This document shows, piece by piece, positions 23,147 to 31,596 of a stretch of 32,000 nucleotides of DNA. The position numbers were made by a program, and so were the translations under genes. Origin of the DNA: Nitrosopumilaceae archaeon (GTDB lineage: Archaea > Thermoproteota > Nitrososphaeria > Nitrososphaerales > Nitrosopumilaceae). A model generated the notes under the pieces. The model was not told where the DNA came from and searched no databases. It worked only from the letters and a program-made list of their open reading frames with translations. Position 1 is the stretch's first letter. The number at the start of each line of letters is the position of its first letter. The stretch spans positions 218,708 to 250,707 of the forward strand of contig DASQHX010000010.1 of assembly GCA_035631875.1 (NCBI GenBank), read 5' to 3'.

Positions 23147-23974
23147 TTGCACATACGTGCAAGAAAAGCGCTTGATAATTTTTTAGATGAAGATATTGGA
23201 AAAGGAGACATTACAAGTAATCTTTTACCAAGAAAAAAAATCACTGCAAGTATAATTTCAAGACAAGAAGGAGTAGTAGCTGGAGTACAATATGTAAAAT
23301 ACTTCTTTGTCTCAAGAGGATGTAAAGTAAAAATTCTAAAAAAAGATGGTTCAAAAATTAAACCAAACCAGAAAATAATAATTATATCAGGTTTTGCTCA
23401 CACCATATTATCATGTGAGAGAACCGCGCTTAACCTATTATCCAGAATGAGTGGAATTGCAACTCAAACCAATCATCTTGTAAACAAAATAAAAAAGACA
23501 AATCCAAAAGTAAAACTTTATTCCACAAGAAAAACAGCACCTGGATTACGTTTGTTTGATAAGGACGCAGTAGAAATTGGTGGAGGCAATAGACATAGGA
23601 TGTCACTTGATCAGATGATTATGATAAAGGATAATCATCTTGCAGTTTCTGATTCTGTTTGGGAGTTGGTTCAAAAGGCACGTAAAAAATACAAAATAGT
23701 TGAAGTTGAAGTTGAAGGCCTAAATGATGCAATTCTTGCTGCAAAAGCGGGAGCATCCATAATAATGTTAGATAACCGCTCACCAAATGAAATTTCAAAA
23801 ATTATCAACATTCTAAAAAAATTACACCTAAGAGACAAAATACGAATTGAAGCTTCAGGAGGTATTGATTCTACTAACATTCAATCATATGCAAAAACAG
23901 GTGTTGATATGATATCAGTTGGAAAAATTACTAGTTCTGCACCAGGATTAGATTTGAGTTTAGAAGTTAACTGA
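23147..23974 (+). CDS. nadC: Nicotinate-nucleotide pyrophosphorylase (quinolinate phosphoribosyltransferase)
   Basis: LDEDIGKGDITS, CERTALNLLSRMSGIAT, TRKTAPGLR, GGG..HR..L.D..MIKDNH and the C-terminal GGI......YA.TGVD.ISVG are the NadC hallmarks. It must start at TTG 23147 (1 nt after the spt4 stop), because the first internal Met is about residue 100. Confidence 0.9.
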   Translation: MHIRARKALDNFLDEDIGKGDITSNLLPRKKITASIISRQEGVVAGVQYVKYFFVSRGCKVKILKKDGSKIKPNQKIIIISGFAHTILSCERTALNLLSRMSGIATQTNHLVNKIKKTNPKVKLYSTRKTAPGLRLFDKDAVEIGGGNRHRMSLDQMIMIKDNHLAVSDSVWELVQKARKKYKIVEVEVEGLNDAILAAKAGASIIMLDNRSPNEISKIINILKKLHLRDKIRIEASGGIDSTNIQSYAKTGVDMISVGKITSSAPGLDLSLEVN

Positions 23975-24905
23975 TTGCAAGCATTCTTTCAATTGCAAGT
24001 TGTGCTTTTTGAGCAATATTTTTTGGAACCTTAACTTCATATTTTTCTTCTTTTATGGAAGCATATACCTTGTCAAGAGTTATCATCTTCATGTATTTAC
24101 ATACGGCATTTTCTGATATAGGAATGAATTCTTTATCTGGATTTTGTTTTCTCATTCTGTATAATATTCCTGTCTCTGTTGCAACAACAAACTTCTTCGA
24201 AGAAGAATCCTTTGCGTGGTTCATCATTCCTTCAGTAGACAGAATTTGAACCTGTCTGTTTCCATAGTCTCCTGATGCAACATCATACATAACTGATGAA
24301 GTGCAGCTACATTCTGGGTGTATTAGAAATTCAGCATTGGCATACTGATTTAGTTTTTCTTGTACATCCTGTGATCTTATACCTGCATGAACGTGACATT
24401 CTCCTGCCCAGATAAACATGTTATTTCTATTTGTCATCTTTGCAACATATGATCCTAGGAACATATCTGGCAAAAATAGAACTTCTTTATTTTCCGGAAT
24501 TGATTTCACAACATTTACTGCGTTAGATGATGTACAGCAATAATCAAGCTCAGATTTTACTTCGGCAGTTGTATTCACATAACCTACCGTTATTGCCCCT
24601 GGATGTTCGTTTTTCCATTTTCGCAATTGATCTGCAGTTATTGTATCAGATAATGAACAACCAGCAGCCAGATCGGGTATGAGTACTTTTTTGTCTGGAC
24701 AAGTTATAGCAGCGGTTTCTGCCATAAAGTGTACACCACAAAATAAAATTGTTTTTTGTGTTGCTTTTGCAGCTTGTCTTGATAATCCTAAAGAATCCCC
24801 TACGTAATCTGCAATATCCTGTACTTCAGGGAGTTGATAGTTATGAGCTAAAATAAGAACATCTTTTTCTTTTTTAAGCTTCAAGATTTCTGATTTTAAA
24901 TTCAT
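23967..24905 (-). CDS. nadA: Quinolinate synthase
   Basis: 312 aa. ILAHNYQLPEVQDIADYVGDSL, GVHFMAETA, CSL, VGYVNTTAEVK, CTSSNA, HPEC and TE.G are the canonical NadA type motifs with the cluster Cys residues. Confidence 0.95.
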   Translation of the reverse strand: MNLKSEILKLKKEKDVLILAHNYQLPEVQDIADYVGDSLGLSRQAAKATQKTILFCGVHFMAETAAITCPDKKVLIPDLAAGCSLSDTITADQLRKWKNEHPGAITVGYVNTTAEVKSELDYCCTSSNAVNVVKSIPENKEVLFLPDMFLGSYVAKMTNRNNMFIWAGECHVHAGIRSQDVQEKLNQYANAEFLIHPECSCTSSVMYDVASGDYGNRQVQILSTEGMMNHAKDSSSKKFVVATETGILYRMRKQNPDKEFIPISENAVCKYMKMITLDKVYASIKEEKYEVKVPKNIAQKAQLAIERMLAIS

Positions 24906-24982
24906 TTGACCAAAATAAATTGGAGATTTTTATCATTTAAAGGATAAGGTCTATGACATATTTGAGGGCATGTTGTGATATG

Positions 24983-24999
24983 ATGGCAATATTTGCCAT
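24983..24999. promoter_or_regulatory. Perfect 17-bp palindrome ATGGCAATATTTGCCAT abutting the nadX stop and about 80 nt upstream of the nadA start
   Basis: The inverted repeat is atggcaa-tat-ttgccat (7-bp arms, 3-nt spacer). On the - strand RNA it would form a 7-bp hairpin immediately after the nadX stop. Alternatively it could be a dimeric regulator site upstream of the nadA TATA (ctttaaatga, about 24936-24945). Confidence 0.35.
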
Positions 25000-25827
25000 T
25001 TATGTTCCAATTCTAATATCATCTTGACATACCGCTCTTAGGCATTCTATTGCAGACAAAATTGCAAGCCTACTTGTTTTTGGGTTACTAGTACTGGGCA
25101 TATTTTCCACCTTGATTGAGAACTTGCCAAATTTGCCTTGAGCTACTATCTCATGAGTGTTTTTGTCAGTATTTGGGTCTGCAATTATTCTTACTTTTGT
25201 GTTTAAACTTCCAAGTCCAGTCAAGCTAAGAAGAGCTGCCACGTTAATATTGGCAGGAAAGAGTCGAACCGCTTCTTGTGCTGTACCTTCAAAAATTGTT
25301 GTAGATTCTTTAATATTTTCAATATCAAGTTTCGAAGTTTCAAAGAATTTTGCTCCTTTTAATGATCTTGGACTTTTTGTCGTAACTAATGTAATTGATT
25401 CTAATTCATCTTTTACAGAGCGTATACCATCTAGACCCAAAATTGCTCCAGATGGAAGATAGATTGATCTTTTGAAATCCTTACAACCTTCAACTATAAT
25501 ATCTAAAATGGACTCGTCCAAAAGTGCACCAACGCTCATGATCATCAAATCTTTTCTGTTTTGTAGTATACTTAGTGCATTATCCCTAACTGCATCTTGG
25601 GATGCCGCTTCTACAATGATATCAGTTGGTGCAGCAGCAAGTAAACCTACATTTTCAGTGATCTCAGGTTTGTCCTTTAGTTTTGTTACTAGTAATTTTG
25701 AGGCATCTTTAGAAAAATCAAAAACATGGGTTAGTTTGGCTGGAATCTTTCCTGAATCAATTGCCAAGGCAATTTCAGTACCAATTGCACCACATCCCAA
25801 AAGTCCGATTCTTTTCAAGATAATCAA
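25000..25827 (-). CDS. nadX: L-aspartate dehydrogenase
   Basis: The N-terminal Rossmann motif is IGLLGCGAIGTEIA. The size (275 aa), the overall pattern (SVGAL.D, ..PSGAI.GLD, and ...H at about residue 225 in KNTHEIV) and the adjacency to nadA/nadC fit the NadX family. It must use a non-ATG start (TTG 25827), since the GxGxxG begins at residue 10. Confidence 0.85.
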   Translation of the reverse strand: MIILKRIGLLGCGAIGTEIALAIDSGKIPAKLTHVFDFSKDASKLLVTKLKDKPEITENVGLLAAAPTDIIVEAASQDAVRDNALSILQNRKDLMIMSVGALLDESILDIIVEGCKDFKRSIYLPSGAILGLDGIRSVKDELESITLVTTKSPRSLKGAKFFETSKLDIENIKESTTIFEGTAQEAVRLFPANINVAALLSLTGLGSLNTKVRIIADPNTDKNTHEIVAQGKFGKFSIKVENMPSTSNPKTSRLAILSAIECLRAVCQDDIRIGT

Positions 25828-25936
25828 TCTTATAATGAACCCTTGTTAAAGCTATTAGTAATAGGAAAAATAATCCTGCATAAACGAGATTAATACATAA
25901 ATTGAATTTACTTTATGCGTTTCTTGGAATTTGAAT

Positions 25937-26344
25937 CTATGATGGAACTGTATTATCTTTTTGTATTACTGGTCTTATCTTGAGTAACACTATGCACAAT
26001 CCTATGAATACTACTTGAGCAACCTCTAAAAGAAGTGTCATTCCGCCAAGCCCTCTACCATGAGTCAGACCGTTGACATGTGTAGAAAACCACAATACTA
26101 CCAAGACAGCAGTTCCCCCAATTCCGACATATTGCCATGTCTTATTCCATCCCTTGATTACAGGTAACGCCCAGAATACTTGCAATATTCCACCTACAAG
26201 AAATAGTATTCCCTGCCCTATTTCATCAGAAAGGGAATGAGGCGTTAGCAGTATGTGAATTATTCCTGCAACAACAGTAGTAGCAGCTGTAACATAAACA
26301 AGTGGAATAATTTTTGCTCTATCCGATTGTACGGTTTTACTCAT
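25937..26344 (-). CDS. Hypothetical integral membrane protein (about 4 TM helices)
   Basis: The track start 26350 is a TTG; ATG 26344 (MSKTVQSD...) is preferred. Four hydrophobic segments are present. No family recognised. Confidence 0.55.
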   Translation of the reverse strand: MSKTVQSDRAKIIPLVYVTAATTVVAGIIHILLTPHSLSDEIGQGILFLVGGILQVFWALPVIKGWNKTWQYVGIGGTAVLVVLWFSTHVNGLTHGRGLGGMTLLLEVAQVVFIGLCIVLLKIRPVIQKDNTVPS

Positions 26345-26507
26345 ATTCAAAACAAGATTCTAAAACTGGTTATAATGTATTAGGCAACAAAGTTCTTGAA
26401 AGATATAATATAAGAGGATTAAATCCTGTAAGACCCATATACCATATGATTCCATTCTAGACGCGTTAGGGAAATTTCTCAATTAACAAACCTAAATTAG
26501 AAATATT

Positions 26508-27422
26508 ATGAAATTAATTAGATATAGTGAAAGGAAGGTCAATGAATTGAAACAAGCAGAATCAGGATTAATGGAGAGATTTCTCTTCAGAATAGCTAAA
26601 CAGTGGATAGCTGGTGATACCATGGAGCAAGCATTGGAATCAGCACGCCTTGCAAACAAGCACGGTATGAATGCAATAATCAACAAACTTGGAGAACATA
26701 TGACTTCGAAAAATCAAATCGAGAACACCGTATCAGAATATCTTGTTCTTGTTGCTAATTTACATAAATCCAAAGTAGAAGGTGGTATATCGATCAAACC
26801 CACCCAGATAGGATTATCAAAAAATAAAAACGAGTGCACTGAAAACTTTAGCAAAATAATAGAAAAAGCATCGTTATCACAATCCTTTGTCTGGATTGAC
26901 ATGGAATCATCTGAACATACTGATGATACCATTGTAATCTATGATGAATTATTTGACAAATATGAAAGATTAGGTATAGCTCTTCAGGCAAATCTAAAGC
27001 GAACATCAAAAGATTTGGCGGATCTACTAAAAAAAGGAGCAAAAGTCCGTCTAGTAAAAGGAGCATATCATGAAGATAAGAAAACTGCTTTTCAGACAAG
27101 AAAAGAGGTTGATGAAAATTATAAGAAATTAATGGAAATGCTTTTTGCCAATGGCAATGAATTTGGTATTGCAACACATGATTCTAAATTAATTGATGAG
27201 GCAATACAACTGTACAAAACTCATGAGAGAAAATTTGAGTTCCAAATGCTTAAGGGAATACGAGATGAAATAAAACCAATTCTTGTAAAAAAGGGATTTT
27301 TGGTATCAGAGTACATTCCATATGGAACAAACTGGCTTCCATATTCTATTAGAAGACTAAAGGAAAGAAAGCGAAACATTTTGCTGTTGGGAAGTTCCTT
27401 TATTCATTCACATCGAGTTTGA
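26508..27422 (+). CDS. Proline dehydrogenase (monofunctional)
   Basis: 304 aa. FIAG.T.E.A......L...G...I...LGE, S.KPT..GL, ...IDME.S...D.T, LQA.L.R....L.........RLVKGAY, ATHD and F..L.G. are the beta8-alpha8 PRODH family motifs. It is paired with a P5C dehydrogenase. Confidence 0.85.
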   Translation: MKLIRYSERKVNELKQAESGLMERFLFRIAKQWIAGDTMEQALESARLANKHGMNAIINKLGEHMTSKNQIENTVSEYLVLVANLHKSKVEGGISIKPTQIGLSKNKNECTENFSKIIEKASLSQSFVWIDMESSEHTDDTIVIYDELFDKYERLGIALQANLKRTSKDLADLLKKGAKVRLVKGAYHEDKKTAFQTRKEVDENYKKLMEMLFANGNEFGIATHDSKLIDEAIQLYKTHERKFEFQMLKGIRDEIKPILVKKGFLVSEYIPYGTNWLPYSIRRLKERKRNILLLGSSFIHSHRV

Positions 27423-28969
27423 GTCTGCTCTCTCATAAATTGAAGAAGATAGTATTCCCCTCCAGCCCCTTTACCTGAAATTCCAGATTCTTTCCAGCCT
27501 ACAAATGGTTGGGCTCCAACCATTGCACCTGTGGTTGCACTTGCAGCTCTATTTGCATAAGTTACACCAGCTTCGATTTTTTCAAAGAATGTCTCAATTT
27601 CTTTCTGATCTTTGCTAAATATCCCAGCAGTAAGACCATAATTGGTTTTATTTACCATCTTTATCCCTTCGTCAAAGCTATCAAACAGAATAACACAGAC
27701 AAATGGTAAAAACAATTCTTCTGTTATCAGATAATGTCCTTGTGGAAGGTCAGTAACTATCGTAGGCTCTACAAAGTATCCGTGTTGACAATCTAAATCT
27801 TTTAGAACCGAACCACCAAATACAACCTTTCCATCTTTTTTTGCAATCTCCGATGCTCTTTGAAATTTGTTTATTGCATCTTCATTGATGACTGGTCCCA
27901 TGAAAACATCTTTTTGCCAAGGATAACCTATTTTGATGGATTTTGTTTTTGATACTAGTTTTTCCATAAACTGATTTGCAATATTTTTTTGCACATAAAC
28001 TCTGGAACAGGCACTACACTTTTGTCCTCCATATCCAAATGATGCACGTAAAACTCCTTCTGAAGCTTTTTCAAGATCTGCTGATTCTGTAATTATTGTA
28101 GGATTCTTTCCTCCCATTTCAGAAATAAATGGTCGCGGTTGTTTCTTGACAAAAGATTGAAAGCCTGACATTCCAACTTCTTTTGAGCCAGTAAAAGCAA
28201 TTCCATCAACAAGAGGGCTTTCAAGTATTGTTTTACCTACAACACTTCCTGCACCAGTAACAAAATTCAGAGCTGCCGGAGGAAGCTTGTGATAGATTGA
28301 TTCTACAAATTTGAATGCTGAAAGTGGAGTATCACTAGATGGTTTGAGAACTGCAGAATTGCCTGTAATGAGAGCGCCCGTAGTCATTCCGATTGCAATA
28401 GCAGATGGAAAATTAAATGGAGATATTATTCCCCAAAGACCGTATGGTTTGAGTACGCTTTGTGTTTTTTCATTTGGATTGGCGCTCTTTGTTTCCTTAG
28501 AAAAGCCTTGATTTGATTCAAGTTGTTCCGCATAAAATCTAAGAAAATCAACTGCTTCATCTACATCACCCATAGCTTCAAGGCGATTTTTACCGTTTTC
28601 AAATGTCATTATAGCAGCAAGCTGGAATTTATCAGAAGACAAAGTTTTAGCACATTCTCTAAAGATTTCAACTCTTTTTTGATAAGATACTTGACTCCAT
28701 CTTGAAAAGGCATCCTTTGCTGAGTCTATAGCGTGAAGCGCATCTTCTTTTGTTGCCAGCGGAAAATTTGCAATAACAATCCTGGTATCAGCTGGAGATC
28801 GTACTTGAAATTGATTATCAGAGTAAATTTCTTTTCCTCCTATTATCATTGGGTATTTTTTACCAAAATCTTTTTTTACTGCATCAATTGCTTGATCAAA
28901 TTTCTCGTTGAATTCATCAGTTGAGTTATTTAATACTGCACTAGCCCAAGTTTTTTCATTTTCAAACAC
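27404..28969 (-). CDS. pruA: L-glutamate gamma-semialdehyde (1-pyrroline-5-carboxylate) dehydrogenase, RocA/PruA-type ALDH
   Basis: A 521-aa ALDH. The catalytic Glu is in ISEMGGKNP and the catalytic Cys in YGGQKCSACSRVYV. SPFNFP and EELFLPF are present. The length and N-terminal extension are typical of stand-alone P5CDH. It has a GTG start (28969). Its 3' end overlaps the convergent proline dehydrogenase by 19 nt. Confidence 0.9.
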   Translation of the reverse strand: MFENEKTWASAVLNNSTDEFNEKFDQAIDAVKKDFGKKYPMIIGGKEIYSDNQFQVRSPADTRIVIANFPLATKEDALHAIDSAKDAFSRWSQVSYQKRVEIFRECAKTLSSDKFQLAAIMTFENGKNRLEAMGDVDEAVDFLRFYAEQLESNQGFSKETKSANPNEKTQSVLKPYGLWGIISPFNFPSAIAIGMTTGALITGNSAVLKPSSDTPLSAFKFVESIYHKLPPAALNFVTGAGSVVGKTILESPLVDGIAFTGSKEVGMSGFQSFVKKQPRPFISEMGGKNPTIITESADLEKASEGVLRASFGYGGQKCSACSRVYVQKNIANQFMEKLVSKTKSIKIGYPWQKDVFMGPVINEDAINKFQRASEIAKKDGKVVFGGSVLKDLDCQHGYFVEPTIVTDLPQGHYLITEELFLPFVCVILFDSFDEGIKMVNKTNYGLTAGIFSKDQKEIETFFEKIEAGVTYANRAASATTGAMVGAQPFVGWKESGISGKGAGGEYYLLQFMREQTQTRCE

Positions 28970-28990
28970 GGCAATCTTATGTACCTGTGC

Positions 28991-28998
28991 AATAAATT
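28991..28998 (+). promoter_or_regulatory. TATA-like box (aataaatt) about 28 nt upstream of the 42-aa Zn-ribbon ORF
   Basis: The spacing to ATG 29023 fits a leaderless archaeal transcript and supports the small ORF being expressed. Confidence 0.3.
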
Positions 28999-29022
28999 AG
29001 CTCCTAATTTTTTTAGCCATAA

Positions 29023-29151
29023 ATGAAAATAGCAGGATGTTGTAAAATACTATACATGCGTAAAATATGCAAGCGCTGTAAAACTGAATACGATGATAAT
29101 GGGTATCCTGTTTGCAATTATTGTTTACAAGTACTAGACAATTACGAATAA
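29023..29151 (+). CDS. Candidate small zinc-ribbon protein (42 aa)
   Basis: Below the track cut-off. My translation is MKIAGCCKILYMRKICKRCKTEYDDNGYPVCNYCLQVLDNYE, with CxxC-x11-CxxC. A TATA-like box lies at -28. An internal ATG at 29056 would give 31 aa. Confidence 0.4.
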   Translation: MKIAGCCKILYMRKICKRCKTEYDDNGYPVCNYCLQVLDNYE

Positions 29152-29239
29152 GATTTAGGCGAAAATGGATTACATCTTAGCTTGTACACTAATCTGTTTT
29201 AAACGCTAAACATTTTATGCTTGTATACAAAGTGTGCTT

Positions 29240-30079
29240 ATGCTAAATACTGTCTATATTGACGCATTAAAAAAACGAGAGGAAACACTTTCTATTTTAA
29301 AAGGAGAAAAATTTGATCAGATCATAGAGGAAGCCAAGCACAATTGGATAGATTACATGCCACAGAAGCAGGATTGTGAAATTGCCGGAATAGATAGTAG
29401 CTACAACAGCACAAAATTTCAAGGATTAGAACTTTGGGTGGTTACGGCGGTAGCTATAAAATCAGATAGTACTGTGATTTCAGAATTTCATAATCATGGT
29501 CTAGGTACACCGTCACCTGAACTTGAGACACAGGCCAGTAAAATGGAAATAGATGCCTGTACAGCGTCTGTAGATAAAGCAGATGTGGTGATATTAGATG
29601 GTTCATTATATTCTCAGTTTCTAACTAGACAATCCTCCCTTAGTTCCATGATTACAGCAGCCATAAAAAAGAGAAACAATGTAGTATTCATATCAAAAAC
29701 TTCTTCGGCTAGAAAACAATTTGAAAAACTTGGTTCATTGGCAGGAGATATTTTTTACTATAATCATGCCACAAAGAAGGCAGGTTTTAGTAAAATTTTT
29801 GTAGACAAAGAATTAGGACCAGGCAAAGTTATTTCATCAACATATGCAAGATTAAGTGAGTCTACACCGTTGATAAAAATTGAATTATTTGGATCTGATC
29901 ATGATGAAACAGAAGTAAAATCACTTTTAGATAAATTATGTAAAAATAGCGTTTCTGGATATCCATACGCCTTAAAGCTTGCGCACAACAAATGCAAGAT
30001 AACATATACGGATCTTGCACGACTTGTTAGTCTATATGGACTAGGAAATGAAATTGGATCAAGAGAGGTGCTAGGATGA
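29240..30079 (+). CDS. nurA: NurA 5'-3' nuclease
   Basis: The track start is GTG 29234; ATG 29240 is preferred. NurA-domain motifs are present: EIAGIDSSY (catalytic Asp), VVILDGSLY, and the C-terminal SGYPYALKLAHNKCKIT (YPY..L..AH). Its stop overlaps the herA ATG (ATGA). Confidence 0.85.
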   Translation: MLNTVYIDALKKREETLSILKGEKFDQIIEEAKHNWIDYMPQKQDCEIAGIDSSYNSTKFQGLELWVVTAVAIKSDSTVISEFHNHGLGTPSPELETQASKMEIDACTASVDKADVVILDGSLYSQFLTRQSSLSSMITAAIKKRNNVVFISKTSSARKQFEKLGSLAGDIFYYNHATKKAGFSKIFVDKELGPGKVISSTYARLSESTPLIKIELFGSDHDETEVKSLLDKLCKNSVSGYPYALKLAHNKCKITYTDLARLVSLYGLGNEIGSREVLG

Positions 30080-31596
30080 CAATAGGAGTTGTAATAGGAG
30101 AATCAAAGCCAACTGAGGTTACCGCACAGTCATCTAAACCACTTGCAGTAGGAGAATATGTTATCATTGATTCACAAAATGGAAAGCTACTCGGATTAGT
30201 AGAAAGATCAATTGTTTCAAGTGATGCACTCACAGATGTACGAAACTTTGACGAAGCTATAGAAAGCAAAGAGGTAGCATCTCTTAATTCTCGCGATAAA
30301 AACTATAAAGTAAAAATAGGAATTCTTGGATTTTTAGACAAGTTACAAAAAGGACAAGCTGTTTTACCTGCAATTCCTCCATTACCAGGATCTTCAATAC
30401 TTGATGCAACCGAAAATGATTTGGGAATAATATTTGCCCCAAAGGAAAATGAATGGATTAGAATAGGTGCACTTCTTAGAAATTCGGAAACTGAAGCCAA
30501 AGTAAACCTGAACAAAATTGTCTCAAGACACATAGGCATACTTGCTATGACGGGTATGGGAAAAAGTAACCTAGTATCGCTCATCGCAAAACAGATAGCA
30601 ACTCTTCAAGGGACACTAATAATTTTTGATTATCACAATGATTATGAAAATCTCAATCTGCCAAAAATCAACATAATGACAGCTAAAATAAATCCAAGAT
30701 TATTACAAGCAGACAAGCTTGCTGAAGTAATAGAGATTAGAGAAAATGCAGACAAGCAACAACGAGCATTACGCGAGGCATTTACTGATTCGGTCAAACA
30801 GGCAAAAGATTTCTGGACAGCACTAGAAGACAGCGTTTCATCATTTGGACATACAACAAAAGGATATGCAGATAGTGCAAGTAGAGTTCTTGACAAGATT
30901 GATGATGCAAAACATAGATTTTCTGATATTTTAGATCCAGATTGTGGAGATCCTGTTGATTTGATAAAAGATGGAAGAGTTAACATTCTAAGTGTTGCGG
31001 AGCTAAGTGAAAGACAGGCAAATGCAGGTCTAGCATACTATTTGCAAGAGTTGCTAACAGATAGAAAAGACGCATGCTGGGCAAAAAGAGGAAAGGAATC
31101 TTCAAGAAAGAATAATAAATTTTCTGCCCCTATTTTTGTAATAATTGAAGAAGCACATGTTTTTATTCCAAAAGGAGAGCACACTGACACAAAATATTGG
31201 GCATCCAAAGTTGCAAGAGAAGGAAGAAAGTTTGGAATTGGACTGGGTATTGTATCTCAAAGACCTAGAAATATTGATCCAAATGTACTAAGCCAGATGG
31301 GTTCTCTTGCCATAATGAAAATTGTACAAGATGATGATCAACAACAAATTGCCTCAGCTGCAGAATCACTCAGCAAGGATCTGCTTTCTCAGTTACCGTC
31401 TTTGAACATAGGTGATGCTGTTCTCATAGGACAATGGGTCAATCTACCAGCAATTGTACACATAGATGAAGTAAAAGGAAAGACGGCGGGTTCCGATTTA
31501 AATGCAGTATCAGAATGGTCAGAATCTATAAAGTTCAAAGAAATTGGCATTGAGTCAACAAGGGGACTAATCCAAAAAGATCTATTGATGGACTAA
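30076..31596 (+). CDS. herA: HerA hexameric DNA helicase/translocase (FtsK-HerA superfamily ATPase)
   Basis: An N-terminal HAS-barrel-like region (GVVIGESKPTEVT......VGEYVII....GKLLGLV) is followed by Walker A HIGILAMTGMGKSN and Walker B IFVIIEEAHVFIP, then SQRP and ...GDAVLIG. It lies between nurA and mre11. Confidence 0.9.
   Translation: MTIGVVIGESKPTEVTAQSSKPLAVGEYVIIDSQNGKLLGLVERSIVSSDALTDVRNFDEAIESKEVASLNSRDKNYKVKIGILGFLDKLQKGQAVLPAIPPLPGSSILDATENDLGIIFAPKENEWIRIGALLRNSETEAKVNLNKIVSRHIGILAMTGMGKSNLVSLIAKQIATLQGTLIIFDYHNDYENLNLPKINIMTAKINPRLLQADKLAEVIEIRENADKQQRALREAFTDSVKQAKDFWTALEDSVSSFGHTTKGYADSASRVLDKIDDAKHRFSDILDPDCGDPVDLIKDGRVNILSVAELSERQANAGLAYYLQELLTDRKDACWAKRGKESSRKNNKFSAPIFVIIEEAHVFIPKGEHTDTKYWASKVAREGRKFGIGLGIVSQRPRNIDPNVLSQMGSLAIMKIVQDDDQQQIASAAESLSKDLLSQLPSLNIGDAVLIGQWVNLPAIVHIDEVKGKTAGSDLNAVSEWSESIKFKEIGIESTRGLIQKDLLMD

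Noticed and set aside
29240-31596. NurA-HerA pair as a possible anti-phage defence module
   Set aside because: The pair is translationally coupled to an mre11 gene in the same operon, which is the canonical archaeal DNA-end-resection context. No other defence-type genes are nearby.
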